64,000 nt of DNA from an uncultured Gemmatimonadales bacterium (GCA_963695555.1 CAVOGR010000007.1:160001-224000), one strand, 5' to 3'; counted from the first letter of the stretch, positions 19,138-29,142 are shown. The notes: generated by a model from the letters alone, not told the origin. Numbers and translations are program-made.

Positions 19138-19713
19138 ATGACGCGCAATCCGGCTCGCATCCAGGTCACCCTCCCGTCCTGGGTCGACGAGGTGGTGGAG
19201 TGGACGACGCGATACCCCACGGACGAAGACCGCATGCGGCTCGCCATCACGCTCGCGCGCGAGAACGTGACCCGCAATACTGGTGGGCCGTTCGGGGCGG
19301 CGATCTTCGCGGAAGAGACCGGCGAGCTGGTGGGCGTTGGGATGAACAGCGTGCAGCGCCTTACCAACGCCACGCTTCATGCCGAGATGATGGCCTTCAT
19401 GATGGCCCAGCACGCAGTGGGTGCCTATTCCCTGAGCGCACCGGGCCTCCCCCACCACACGCTGGTCACGTCCTGCGATCCCTGCGCAATGTGTCTGGGT
19501 GCCGTGTTGTGGAGCGGGGTACAGCGGGTGGTGTGCGGCGCCAGCCGGGACGACGCGACCCGGCTCGGCTTCGACGAGGGCCCGGTCTTCCCACAGTCCT
19601 ATCACTACCTCGAAGATCGCGGCATTACGATTGTGCGCGGGGTGTTACATCTCGAAGCGCGGAACGTACTCGAATCGTATCGCAAGCGCGGCGGGATCAT
19701 CTACAACGGCTGA
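19138..19713 (+). CDS. Zn-dependent nucleoside/nucleobase deaminase
   Basis: GGPFGA, HAE, PCAMC and GFDEG motifs. Confidence 0.92.
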   Translation: MTRNPARIQVTLPSWVDEVVEWTTRYPTDEDRMRLAITLARENVTRNTGGPFGAAIFAEETGELVGVGMNSVQRLTNATLHAEMMAFMMAQHAVGAYSLSAPGLPHHTLVTSCDPCAMCLGAVLWSGVQRVVCGASRDDATRLGFDEGPVFPQSYHYLEDRGITIVRGVLHLEARNVLESYRKRGGIIYNG

Positions 19714-19729
19714 TGCTGGATGGGTGCGC

Positions 19730-20254
19730 TCAGCCGCCAGTCTTCCTCCGCCCGGTCCACCGATCTGAACCGACCACATCATCGATCAGGCGTTCGAGCG
19801 CGGTGAGCGCCCGAGGAACATCGGCGCAGCCGTAATCGTGTTCGACCCGCTTGGTCGCGCCGCTTTGGGTGAGTGACGTGATTGCGGTGGGTGAGTCGGG
19901 CGCGTACAAAGAGCAGCTGGGTTGGCCGGCGGTGTACTGATTCGCTAGCTGGTCAAAGCCCGCGCGATCAAATTCCGCGAGCAGGCGCCTCACCTCGCTT
20001 TGGGGGATGACCGCAGAGTCCCTGCCAACCACCGACACGTGCGCCCTGCCCTCGTACCGAACCCGGCCTGCTCCGTCCACCGTGAGTCGATAAACCGGGC
20101 AAGTGCCGAAACACGATCCACGCTCCAATGTGATCGAGACATCCTCGAGCGACGCCGGCGTCTGGACGGCCGGCCGCGGCGCGCACGCAAGCAGAGCGAT
20201 CGCGGCGCACCACGGAGCCCATGCCGCGGCGCGCGAGATAGTCGGATTCCTCAT
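19730..20254 (-). CDS. DUF6438-like lipoprotein
   Basis: Lipobox LLAC; ITLERGSCFGTCPVY; ATGA overlap with the upstream peptidase gene. Confidence 0.75.
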   Translation of the reverse strand: MRNPTISRAAAWAPWCAAIALLACAPRPAVQTPASLEDVSITLERGSCFGTCPVYRLTVDGAGRVRYEGRAHVSVVGRDSAVIPQSEVRRLLAEFDRAGFDQLANQYTAGQPSCSLYAPDSPTAITSLTQSGATKRVEHDYGCADVPRALTALERLIDDVVGSDRWTGRRKTGG

Positions 20255-22737
20255 CGACCGGAGACGGGCACTCTAGCGGGAGTGCTCCGAACGCCGTCCG
20301 AGTAGAGCAACTCGACTTCCCGCTCCGCGGTCCACACGGTGGCGGTGCCGCCGCGGGCAAAGGAAAGGATCTCTCGGGTCCGGGGATCACGAACGAGGAG
20401 CATCGGGTATTGCGCGCGATCCCACCGAAGCTCGATGCGGTCGGCGGCCACGGACTGAACCGACGCAGCCGGCGACTGTTGCAGCGCTTGCGCACCGGGC
20501 GCCACGCCGCGCGCCATCGCGACCGCCTGCCCTCCTGGGCCCGTCACCCGGAGACTCGCGGGCCGGCTCCGGATCGGTAGAGTGAAGGCAAAGTGGCCTT
20601 CCCACTGCGGCGCATCGGCCACCGTTTGAGGCGAGAACGCATAGCGGAAGACCCGGCTGCCATCGGCGGCCAGCCCCTCGAGCGTGTAGGCCCCCGTGCC
20701 GGACGGGGTCACGGGCGTGGCATCGAGTTCGAAGGCCGGCTCGAGTTCAATGGTCCCGCCGCGCACCCGTCCCCAGACGAGGAGTACCGGTTGCTGGGCC
20801 GCGCCGGGTTGTGACACCGAGAAGCTCGCCTGGACATGGTTGACCACGCCGGTATAGGTGTAGTCGCTGACCCAGTCGTTGGAGCAGTATCCCATGATGT
20901 CCGGGCGGGTCGGTGGTATCAGAGTCGCCGAGCCGACATCGTAACCCCAGACCCCGATCACGCCGCCGGAGTACGGGTAATTCGGGTCGGGGTTCCCCGC
21001 CCCGCCGCACGGCGCATGCTGTCGGCCCCAGTTGTGGCCCCACTCGTGCGCCGCGACCCCGCTCGCGCTTGGCAGCTTGTCCCAGCCCACGGCCGCTTTC
21101 CCGGGCACGTAGCCGATGCCGGCGATGCCGCTCGAATAGGTCGTGTTCACCACGCCGAAATAGTACCGCGTGCTGGCATCCGCGGTCCGCAGGGCGTTGA
21201 TCTCACTCAGCACCCGGCTCCAGGTCCCGGTCGCGTTGTCGCTCTCGATGGGGATGGCGTCGGTGAAGGTATAGGGCGACCGGATGTCGGCGTTGTACGA
21301 CTCGACGGGGAAGAGCTGTTGTGTCACGGTCAGGAACTGGTTTTGGTTGCCGGCCGTGACATTGCCGGTCAGGCCGTTCACACTCTGGAGCACCGGCACG
21401 AAACGCACGGAAAAGGGATTGATCGCGCGCACGTCCATCGCCTGCGGCGTGCCTGAGGCCGGGAAGTTGTTGTCGCCTTCGTCCTGCTCGACGATGGCAT
21501 TAGTCGGATCGACGTCCGCCACGAGTTCGAGCCCCGGGCCGATGGCCGAGGCGGGAAGGGCCAGGTTCCATGATTTGTTCAGGTCGCCTTCATCAACAAC
21601 GGTCGGGACCCCGATTGTCGGTGCCGGAATCGTCGAGGTGCTGACCAGCGAACCATTGTCGTAAACCCTAAGCCGGACGTCCGGCTGCTCGACGTTGGTT
21701 TGGTTGGCCCGGACGAAGATCCGCACGAATCCGTCACGCCCGGCCACCAGGGGCACATTACCGCCATAGTCCTGGACGCTCTGCGTGACGTACATCCCGT
21801 CGATGACCAGATTGAGCGTGGCGGGCGATGCCACCTGGTAGGTGACCGAGGCGGAGGCCGTGGCCCCCGCCGTGACCGACACGGCCTGGGTCGATGGGTT
21901 GGGAACATAGGCCACCGCACCGTCCGACACGTTGCTCGCATCGACGGTGTAGCCACCGGCCGCGATGTTCGACAGGGTCGTCGTCTGCGTGACCGCCGTG
22001 CTGTACGCTGGTCCGGTCACCGTGACGTCTGCGTCCACATCATTGGGCAGACCCGTTATCGTGATCGCGAGGGATCCCGAGGAGAGGGCGTAGGTTACGC
22101 TGCTCGTGGCCGGCGTGGGCGTGGCGGTGACCGCAACCGTTTGCATGGGCACGGTGGCATCGTACGTCGAGCTGCCGGATTGGACCCTTGCCGCGGCCAC
22201 CGTGTAGGTGCCCGGTGTCAGGTTCGACAACGTGGTCGTGGCCGCGAGTGCGACCGAATAGCCTCCCGCACGCGTGACGGTGACCCCGGCGGTCGCGCCG
22301 CCCGGGAGTCCCATGACCGTGACCACTAGGCTCCCCGTGGCGAGCGCGTAGGTCACGGTCACTGCCACCGGGGCGTCAGCTGCAACGATGCTCACCGGCT
22401 GCGACGCCAAGGTGGGCGAGTAGGTCGCCGAGCCGGTGCTGACATCGGTGGCGCTGACGAGGTACTGCCCGGGAACCAGGTCGGTGAGTGTCTCTGGTCC
22501 GGTCAAGGAGCGGCTGAAGCCGCCCGGACCACTAATGGTGATGGCGGCGGCCGTTCCCTGGCCCAGGCCACCAACCGTAACGGCTAGGCTGCCGGTCGTC
22601 GGGCCGGCGACCTTCTCCCCGCCCCCGCAGGACACCGCGAGAACGGCCACGGCAGCCACGAAGGCTACCCGCGCCCGCGCCCGAACCGAGTGCCAGATCG
22701 GGACCGATAGGCTGTGAGGGCGAAACAGAACAGACAT
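20251..22737 (-). CDS. M66-like zinc metallopeptidase lipoprotein with three N-terminal beta-sandwich repeats
   Basis: Lipobox AVSC; three GSL.VT..GL repeats; AHEWGHNWGRQHAPCG; DIMGYC...WVSDY. Confidence 0.85.
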   Translation of the reverse strand: MSVLFRPHSLSVPIWHSVRARARVAFVAAVAVLAVSCGGGEKVAGPTTGSLAVTVGGLGQGTAAAITISGPGGFSRSLTGPETLTDLVPGQYLVSATDVSTGSATYSPTLASQPVSIVAADAPVAVTVTYALATGSLVVTVMGLPGGATAGVTVTRAGGYSVALAATTTLSNLTPGTYTVAAARVQSGSSTYDATVPMQTVAVTATPTPATSSVTYALSSGSLAITITGLPNDVDADVTVTGPAYSTAVTQTTTLSNIAAGGYTVDASNVSDGAVAYVPNPSTQAVSVTAGATASASVTYQVASPATLNLVIDGMYVTQSVQDYGGNVPLVAGRDGFVRIFVRANQTNVEQPDVRLRVYDNGSLVSTSTIPAPTIGVPTVVDEGDLNKSWNLALPASAIGPGLELVADVDPTNAIVEQDEGDNNFPASGTPQAMDVRAINPFSVRFVPVLQSVNGLTGNVTAGNQNQFLTVTQQLFPVESYNADIRSPYTFTDAIPIESDNATGTWSRVLSEINALRTADASTRYYFGVVNTTYSSGIAGIGYVPGKAAVGWDKLPSASGVAAHEWGHNWGRQHAPCGGAGNPDPNYPYSGGVIGVWGYDVGSATLIPPTRPDIMGYCSNDWVSDYTYTGVVNHVQASFSVSQPGAAQQPVLLVWGRVRGGTIELEPAFELDATPVTPSGTGAYTLEGLAADGSRVFRYAFSPQTVADAPQWEGHFAFTLPIRSRPASLRVTGPGGQAVAMARGVAPGAQALQQSPAASVQSVAADRIELRWDRAQYPMLLVRDPRTREILSFARGGTATVWTAEREVELLYSDGVRSTPARVPVSGR

Positions 22738-22800
22738 GCGTACCCTTCCCGATGAGTCATCGCGGGACGTGCCGAAGCCTAAGCTAATCCCGATCCGGGG

Positions 22801-22816
22801 AGCAACAGGTGTGCCA
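22801..22816 (-). promoter_or_regulatory. Putative sigma54 promoter
   Basis: Minus strand reads TGGCACA-CCTG-TTGCT, about 65 bp upstream of the peptidase start. Confidence 0.7.
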
Positions 22817-23043
22817 GGGAAGGCCCAGGCCGGCACTTCAGCCCTAAGATATTGGTGCCGCAACACCTCAGGGGTGAGCAACGGCATCGCGCCGCGCCGC
22901 CCGGGTGTCCACCATCAGAATCTGCATTGGATATGTCCAGACAGCAAAGGTATCGTGGCAGGCCTGCGGGCGCTTCCGCCCCCCGGAGACTCGCCGTATC
23001 TTCTCTCCGTCAATACTCGCTCTCTCGACCCGGGCCGCTTGCG

Positions 23044-23196
23044 ATGGAACCGATCATCTTCGTGGTATTGCTCGCTCTTGGCGTTTACCTTGCCATCAAG
23101 GTCATGAAGGTGATCGTGCGACTCGCCATCGCGACCGGCCTGGCCCTGGCGTTCTACTTCTTGCTCTATCCTCGGATCGCCGACTTCCTGCAGTAG
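23044..23196 (+). CDS. 50-aa two-helix membrane protein
   Basis: MEPIIFVVLLALGVYLAIKVMKVIVRLAIATGLALAFYFLLYPRIADFLQ; followed by a hairpin. Confidence 0.6.
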   Translation: MEPIIFVVLLALGVYLAIKVMKVIVRLAIATGLALAFYFLLYPRIADFLQ

Positions 23197-23242
23197 CCTG
23201 GCCCTCCCCATGGGAAAGGCCGTAGCACACCAGCAAAGCGCA

Positions 23243-23271
23243 GGCCCGGCTTCCGCAAGGGAGGCCGGGCC
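23243..23271. terminator. Hairpin between convergent genes
   Basis: GGCCCGGCTTCC-GCAA-GGGAGGCCGGGCC. Confidence 0.65.
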
Positions 23272-23297
23272 CATTTCGTGTGTGGCACAGCGTCGGT

Positions 23298-23810
23298 CTA
23301 GGTGAACACGATGTGACCGCCGCCGGCCATGTCGTAGAATTCCCCGACGGTGATGACACTCTCAACCTGTGGAATGAAGTCCTCCATCGACCAGCCGAAC
23401 ATGTCGACCGAGGCCTTGCAGGCAAACAGCTTGCCACCGGAATCGGAGATCATCTCGAGGAACTCGGGAATCGGTGGGATGTCGAGCTTCTCCATGGTCT
23501 TCGACATTTGCCGGGTCACCATGGCCGACATTCCCGGCACGCCGCCGAGCCAGGTCATGAGATGGAGCCCGGGATTGCCCACGGTCGCCACCTTCACGCG
23601 GTGGGTCCGATCCTTGTGGATCGCGTCCATTCCGAAGAAGGTGAAGAACACGTTTGCCTCGATACCCTCCATCCGGGCTCCATTCGCCATGATCAGGCCG
23701 GGGTAGATCCCTTCGAGCGAGCCTTTGGAAACAATGATCGAGACCTTCTTGATTGCCTCATCCACCGGTGTGGGCACCGCCGTGGATTCGGGCATGATCG
23801 TACTGGTCAT
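23298..23810 (-). CDS. dsrE: DsrE/DsrF/DrsH-like (DsrE2-type) sulfur carrier
   Basis: IIVSKGSL, VFFTFFG and KLFACKASVDMF with a single conserved Cys. Confidence 0.88.
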   Translation of the reverse strand: MTSTIMPESTAVPTPVDEAIKKVSIIVSKGSLEGIYPGLIMANGARMEGIEANVFFTFFGMDAIHKDRTHRVKVATVGNPGLHLMTWLGGVPGMSAMVTRQMSKTMEKLDIPPIPEFLEMISDSGGKLFACKASVDMFGWSMEDFIPQVESVITVGEFYDMAGGGHIVFT

Positions 23811-23825
23811 GGACTTCTCCTCCTC

Positions 23826-24152
23826 TTAGATACACCCGCGCGGCTTGGGAATCCCGGCGATCCTGGCGGCCAATTTGGCCGGTCCTTTGGGAAACAACTG
23901 GTAGAGTTCTTTGATCGGCACGCCCGATTCCTTTCCGAGGGCTCGGATCGAGGGTGCACTGCCGGCCTCGAGAAACCGCTTTCGCATGAATTCGATGACC
24001 ATCCAATGCTTCGGGGTGAGGTCGCCAATCCCAATGTCGTCAGCGATTTCCTCGGCAATCGACTTGTTCCACTGCTCTGGCTTTTGCATGTACCCTTCGC
24101 CATCGACGTCGACGGTCTGTCCGGCAATTGTGGTTTGGCTCGTCGCGGTCAC
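23826..24152 (-). CDS. tusE: TusE/DsrC-family sulfur relay protein with a single C-terminal Cys
   Basis: D.EGY...EQW, LT.KHW.VIEFMR and LYQLFPKGPAK.AARIAG.PKPRGCI motifs. Confidence 0.92.
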   Translation of the reverse strand: MTATSQTTIAGQTVDVDGEGYMQKPEQWNKSIAEEIADDIGIGDLTPKHWMVIEFMRKRFLEAGSAPSIRALGKESGVPIKELYQLFPKGPAKLAARIAGIPKPRGCI

Positions 24153-24173
24153 AGGCTTGACTCCTTCTCGTAA

Positions 24174-25487
24174 CTAGGCAACCTGACTGGGGATTTCTTC
24201 GGGTGATACCTCTGGTACCGGCTCCTGGGGTGTATGCGGGAGCGGTCGCTTGCCGCGCATCGACATGTGGGTCGACGTGCCTGGAATGTGCCGACCAGGC
24301 AACAGCATGTTCCAATAAATCCACCGAAACGCCAACTTGCCGATGTGGTTGAGGCGGCTCTCCTTGAGAAGCGGCAACGGACCGAGCACGGGAATGGGGA
24401 ACTTCCCCGGCAGCGGCTCGACATTGTAGTTGAAATCGATCAGCAGCGCCTTGTTGAATCCGGTTTCGATGAAACAATTGGCATGGCCGTCGAAGCCATG
24501 CTCGAGCGGGCTGTCCTGCAGGTAGAGTCGGACATTGTGCTCGAGGATTTCCGCCTGAAAATGCGCCACCGATCCGGCCTTGGAGGCCGGTACGTTGGTG
24601 GCGTCGCCGATGGCGAAGATGTTCGGCGTGACCTCGGCCTGCAGGGTCCGCTGATCCACTATCACAAAGCGCTGATCGTCGCCGAGCCCATCCGTCTGCG
24701 CAACGAACTCCGCGCCCATATGCAGCGGGACGCTCACCAGGAGATCAAAGTCTACCACGCGGTCGTCCCACGACACCAACCGGCCGTTGGGACCGTCGAC
24801 CTCACCCGCGTTGAATTCCGTCACGAGACGGACACCCTTCTCGGCCAGGAGATGGGTTAGGGCCTTGGCACATGTCGGCTTGGTAAACGCGCTGTCCAGC
24901 GGTGTCACATAGGTGATGTCGACCTTGTCCCGAATCCCGCGTTCGGTGAAGTACCAGTCCGCGAGAAAGGCGAACTCGAGCGGGGCCACCGGACACTTGA
25001 TCGGCATATCTACGATGTCCACCACGAGGCGCCCGCCCTCCCACCGCTCGAGGGCTTCCGCCAAGGCCACCGCGCCCTCCAGGGTGTAGAACTCGAACAT
25101 GCGTTCACCCCATCCGGCACCGGTCAGCCCAACCGTCTCTTCGGGAGCGATCTGCGTGCCCGTTGCGATGATGAGCACGTCATAGGGCAGCTTCCGCCCG
25201 TCTGCCAGCACGACCTCATTGGTGTCCGTCAGGACACGACGGATCCCGCTCTCGATCCGGTTCACTTGGCTCGGAAGACAATCCACCTGACGACGGACAA
25301 GATCCTCCGGCTGGTAGATCCCGAAGGGAATGAACAGCAATCCCGGCTGATACAGGTGATTCCTATCCTGATCGACGATGGTGATGCTCAGGGCCTCGCA
25401 CTTGATCTCGTTCCGGTAGAGCCGTGAGAGGCGATTAGCCATGATGGTCCCGGCAGTTCCCGCTCCCAAGATCACAATTTGCTTCAT
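24174..25487 (-). CDS. sqr: Sulfide:quinone oxidoreductase, type III-like
   Basis: ILGAGTAG, YQPG.LF, KCPVAPLEF, FAIGDA, SKAGSVAH and FDGHANCFIETG motifs. Confidence 0.85.
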   Translation of the reverse strand: MKQIVILGAGTAGTIMANRLSRLYRNEIKCEALSITIVDQDRNHLYQPGLLFIPFGIYQPEDLVRRQVDCLPSQVNRIESGIRRVLTDTNEVVLADGRKLPYDVLIIATGTQIAPEETVGLTGAGWGERMFEFYTLEGAVALAEALERWEGGRLVVDIVDMPIKCPVAPLEFAFLADWYFTERGIRDKVDITYVTPLDSAFTKPTCAKALTHLLAEKGVRLVTEFNAGEVDGPNGRLVSWDDRVVDFDLLVSVPLHMGAEFVAQTDGLGDDQRFVIVDQRTLQAEVTPNIFAIGDATNVPASKAGSVAHFQAEILEHNVRLYLQDSPLEHGFDGHANCFIETGFNKALLIDFNYNVEPLPGKFPIPVLGPLPLLKESRLNHIGKLAFRWIYWNMLLPGRHIPGTSTHMSMRGKRPLPHTPQEPVPEVSPEEIPSQVA

Positions 25488-25774
25488 AGATGCGGCACTC
25501 CAGGGTGGAGTTGGGCGAATCGCCAAACCCAATTGCGATTCAGGTTGCCGGAAATTGCCATGGGACCCATAAAAGCAGCCCCAACGCTCTCTGAAGGTAC
25601 CTTCATGTCTTGAGCCTGAGCCCCTCCCCACCGTTGCCGCTTCGGGCGTTCCGGACGGCTCCAAGGGGGCCTGGGGCATGGACATTGCGCGGCTCCTGGC
25701 CAGCCCCGCGTGCAAGAATGAGAGGCCCCGGCATCTCCCCCTCGAGCACGCTCGACCCGAACCCGGGAGCCCTC

Positions 25775-26362
25775 ATGCTACGAGTCCACTACATCCTGGG
25801 CGCCGCCTACCTGGCCCTCTGCATCATGCTGCTCCGGGCCACCGGCACGGCTCCTCGCCCGGAGTTCCTCCCGCACCCGACGGGCACGACCCAAATCGCC
25901 CCCGCAACCGGCGAGGCCGGCGCATGGTTCGCCAGCATGAAGCCATACTGCAACGCGGTCGAAGTGGAGACCCGGCAACGGGCCACGCCCCCGCCCGAGA
26001 CGCTGGAAGGATTGGGCTACAGCGCCGGCTGCTACGCGTTGGGCGGGAAGATCGACCTCGCGCGCGAAACGATCCGACGCGCCCCCGCTGATCAGCAGTA
26101 CAAGGCAGCCGGCATTGTGTTCGCTCTGGCGCATCCCGTGGCAGACGCCGGTGATGACAAGTCGGCCGGACCGATCATGGAGCTGGTCCTCGAGTTCTGG
26201 CCCAACCACTACCAGGCACGCTATCACGCCGGGATGTCGTCCTACATCCTCGGCGACGCCGGACGGGCCCGCCTGCATCTCACGCAGTTCGTCGACGAGT
26301 ACCGGCAGAACGATGGCTGGCGGCGGAATGCAGAGGCCGTGCTGCAACGCCTCGACAACTGA
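25775..26362 (+). CDS. Exported or membrane-anchored TPR-like protein
   Basis: N-terminal hydrophobic helix; KPYCN.VEV; WPNHYQARYHAG; 4 bp upstream of the kinase gene. Confidence 0.7.
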   Translation: MLRVHYILGAAYLALCIMLLRATGTAPRPEFLPHPTGTTQIAPATGEAGAWFASMKPYCNAVEVETRQRATPPPETLEGLGYSAGCYALGGKIDLARETIRRAPADQQYKAAGIVFALAHPVADAGDDKSAGPIMELVLEFWPNHYQARYHAGMSSYILGDAGRARLHLTQFVDEYRQNDGWRRNAEAVLQRLDN

Positions 26363-26366
26363 CGGC

Positions 26367-28223
26367 ATGGCTACTCCGGCGGCGTATCTCCCCATCGGGA
26401 CCGTGCTCACCGATCGCTATGAGATCCTGCGAGAGATCGGTCGCGGGGGGTACTCGGTCGTGTTCGCGGCCCGGGATCGCGATCTGGGTGCCGACGTCGC
26501 CATCAAACTTCTGGTGCCGCCTCCCGCGGTCGCCCACATCGCGCGGGAGCGCATGCGGCGCGAGGTCCAGGCCGTCCGGGCGCTGTCGCACCACCATATC
26601 GTCGCAGTCCACGATTTCGTGGAGGACGGCCCGCACAGCTTCATCGTCATGGAGCTGGTCGATGGATCCGATCTCGGCGTCCGCGTGGCGCAGCGCCAGC
26701 CACTCGGTCTCGACGAGGTCGCCCGAATCGGAGAGGAGGTGGCGGAGGCTTTGGCCTTCGCCCATGCACGCGGCGTCCTCCACCGCGACGTCAAACCGCA
26801 AAACATCTTGATCGACTCCGGGGGCCACGCTCGCCTCACCGACTTCGGCTCCGCCAAACTCGATGGCCAGATGACGGTGACGCAGACCGGCGGACTTGTC
26901 GGAACGATCCCGTACAGCGCTCCCGAGGTACTGAGCGGGCATCGCGGCGACGCCCGCGCTGACATCTACGCCCTCGGCCTGACACTGTTCTACGCCGTGA
27001 CCGGACGGCTGCCTGGAAGCCCAGGCTCTCGCCTCCCGCCACCCGCCACGCCGGGCGGACACCATCCCGGCGAGTGCCGTGACGGGGTCCCGAGCTGGCT
27101 GGATCAGATCATCGCGCGGGCAACGGAGGCGGAACCCGGCCTTCGATTCCCCGCCGCCTCCGATCTCCACGCAGCACTCAGAGCCCGCGCCGGAGACCAC
27201 GTTGCGCTTTCCGCGGCGGGACATCAGATGGTCGAGTTCTGCCTGAGCTGCGGCAGCAGTGACACGTTCGGGATGAGTCCCTGCCCGGAGTGCGGGGGCA
27301 CGAGACCGAAGAAGGCCGACACGTTAGTCTTCGTAGTCCCTCCCGCCAGGCGGAAGGATCGGCTCGCAGTTGCCCTCAATCTTGCGGGGTTATCCCCGCA
27401 CCCCGTCTCCCAAGTCGAACTCCGGCACGCCACCCGCGGACGCAGGGCCCTGGTGCGTATTCCGGCGCACCACGCGGCGTCCGTGATCAGGCACCTCACT
27501 GCCCGAGACATCCCGGTGCAAGCAGTCCCCAAGGCCCACGCCTGGGCGGCGGTTCCCCTCCCGCTCTACGCGCTGGCGGGCGCCATCGTCGTGGTCGGAA
27601 GCCTGGCGGGAATACTCGCATTGCCTGCAATGCTCTGGACCTCTCCGGTGGTCGCCGGGCTCCTGGTCATCGGAGGGCACCGAACCGCCCACACCCCGAT
27701 TCTTCACGCCGCTCAGAACGGCACCCGGACGCTCCCGCACGACCTCGCGTCCCGCGTGACTCGCACCATGGCGGTGCTCGGCCCCGGCACGACGCGCCGC
27801 ATGGTGGCGGACATTGTGACAGTGGGCCAGGCCGTCCTCGCCGATATTGCCGCGGCGGATGGACCGGGCGATCAGCGTGCCGATATCGTCGCGCTCCTTG
27901 CTGGCGTCAGCGACGTTGCCGATGACCTGGCAAATCTCGAACGGGCCCTGGCCACGCTCGAAACCCATCGCGATCGCTTTGCCGCCAACCCCGAGCGATG
28001 GCTCGACGCCTTGTCGCAATGCGAGCGTGCCCACGATCGCCAGGTACAGCAGCTGCTCGACGTGCTCTCGATCCTGGCTCGGCTCAAAGCCCAGGGAACG
28101 ATGTCCGACGCGACGGCGCAGGAGGAATTCGCCGAGCTGACCCGGCGGCTGGAACGAGACGCCGACGCACGGGCACTTGCGGAGGCGGAAATCGAGGAAC
28201 TGCTTGCACCGGACGATGCGTGA
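26367..28223 (+). CDS. Ser/Thr protein kinase with Zn-ribbon, two TM helices and a helical C-terminus
   Basis: GRGGYSVV, VAIK, HRDVKPQN, TDFG, YSAPE, DIYALG; CLSC...CPEC; two hydrophobic segments. Confidence 0.9.
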   Translation: MATPAAYLPIGTVLTDRYEILREIGRGGYSVVFAARDRDLGADVAIKLLVPPPAVAHIARERMRREVQAVRALSHHHIVAVHDFVEDGPHSFIVMELVDGSDLGVRVAQRQPLGLDEVARIGEEVAEALAFAHARGVLHRDVKPQNILIDSGGHARLTDFGSAKLDGQMTVTQTGGLVGTIPYSAPEVLSGHRGDARADIYALGLTLFYAVTGRLPGSPGSRLPPPATPGGHHPGECRDGVPSWLDQIIARATEAEPGLRFPAASDLHAALRARAGDHVALSAAGHQMVEFCLSCGSSDTFGMSPCPECGGTRPKKADTLVFVVPPARRKDRLAVALNLAGLSPHPVSQVELRHATRGRRALVRIPAHHAASVIRHLTARDIPVQAVPKAHAWAAVPLPLYALAGAIVVVGSLAGILALPAMLWTSPVVAGLLVIGGHRTAHTPILHAAQNGTRTLPHDLASRVTRTMAVLGPGTTRRMVADIVTVGQAVLADIAAADGPGDQRADIVALLAGVSDVADDLANLERALATLETHRDRFAANPERWLDALSQCERAHDRQVQQLLDVLSILARLKAQGTMSDATAQEEFAELTRRLERDADARALAEAEIEELLAPDDA

Positions 28224-28322
28224 GGAGAAGAGCTGCGCGACTTCTCTTGACATCCCTACCGACTTTGCGTTCTAGTTCTCCTGCCAGCCCGGCCTTCCAC
28301 CACCACCGCACCGGTTCGACTC

Positions 28323-29057
28323 GTGACTGCTGATCACCCACTGCTTGCCGTCATTTGGGACTTCGACGGGACTCTCGTCGACACGCACGCGAAGAACCTG
28401 AACGTCACGCGGACAATCTTCGCGCTCCTCACCGGAAGGGATCCCGACGGCGTTCCAGCACTTGCATCCGTCGAAACGTACGGTCGGCTGATTCGAAAGA
28501 CCTCGAACTGGCGGACGCTGTACATGGACGAGTTCGGGTTTACCGCCGAGCAGACCGATCAGGCCGGTGCCCTCTGGGCCGAGTATCAGTTGAGGGATGG
28601 CACCCCCGCCCTCCTCTATCCGGGTATTCCGGAGGTGGTGCAGGCACTCGCCCATACCCCGCAAGGCATCTTCTCCCAAAACAGCCGCGAGACCATTTCA
28701 GGGGTGTTGAAGCGAGAGCGCCTCGCCGGGCATTTTCGGATGATCGTGGGGTACGAAGAAGTGTCCTGGGAGAAGCAGAAGCCGGAGCCGGACGGGCTGC
28801 TCGCATGTATCGAGGCACTCACCGACCGTACCGCCGGCTATGTGTTGTACGTCGGCGACCACGAAACCGACGCTCGCTGCGGACAGAACGGCAATCGCGC
28901 ATTGGCATTACAGGGCGTGGATATCCGAGTCCGGGTGGTCGGTGCGGCGTATGGGGGCGGAGCCCCCGAAGATTGGACCTCGGGTGTGGACCATACCGCG
29001 ACGACGGCCCGCGACGTCCTCGCGATCGCGCACCACTACGCGGGCGCCAATCGGTAG
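28323..29057 (+). CDS. HAD-superfamily hydrolase
   Basis: DFDGTLVD, KPEPD and YVGD motifs. Confidence 0.9.
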   Translation: MTADHPLLAVIWDFDGTLVDTHAKNLNVTRTIFALLTGRDPDGVPALASVETYGRLIRKTSNWRTLYMDEFGFTAEQTDQAGALWAEYQLRDGTPALLYPGIPEVVQALAHTPQGIFSQNSRETISGVLKRERLAGHFRMIVGYEEVSWEKQKPEPDGLLACIEALTDRTAGYVLYVGDHETDARCGQNGNRALALQGVDIRVRVVGAAYGGGAPEDWTSGVDHTATTARDVLAIAHHYAGANR

Positions 29058-29079
29058 CGCCCGGGCGAGCTCTGGAATG

Positions 29080-29111
29080 ACGAAAGCCCCGTCCAGAGAC
29101 GGGGCCTTCGT
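29080..29111. terminator. Likely bidirectional terminator
   Basis: ACGAAAGCCCCGTC-CAGA-GACGGGGCCTTCGT between convergent genes. Confidence 0.7.
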
Positions 29112-29142
29112 TCATCCTCGGACCCACGAATCATGTCCGAAT

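Noticed and set aside
19138..19713. tRNA deaminase TadA
   Set aside because: GGPFGA and GFDEG motifs fit guanine/nucleoside deaminase-like proteins better; the TadA EVPVGA motif is absent.
23826..24152. DsrC as evidence for dissimilatory sulfur metabolism
   Set aside because: Lacks the second Cys of the CX10C motif, and there is no dsrAB in the window.
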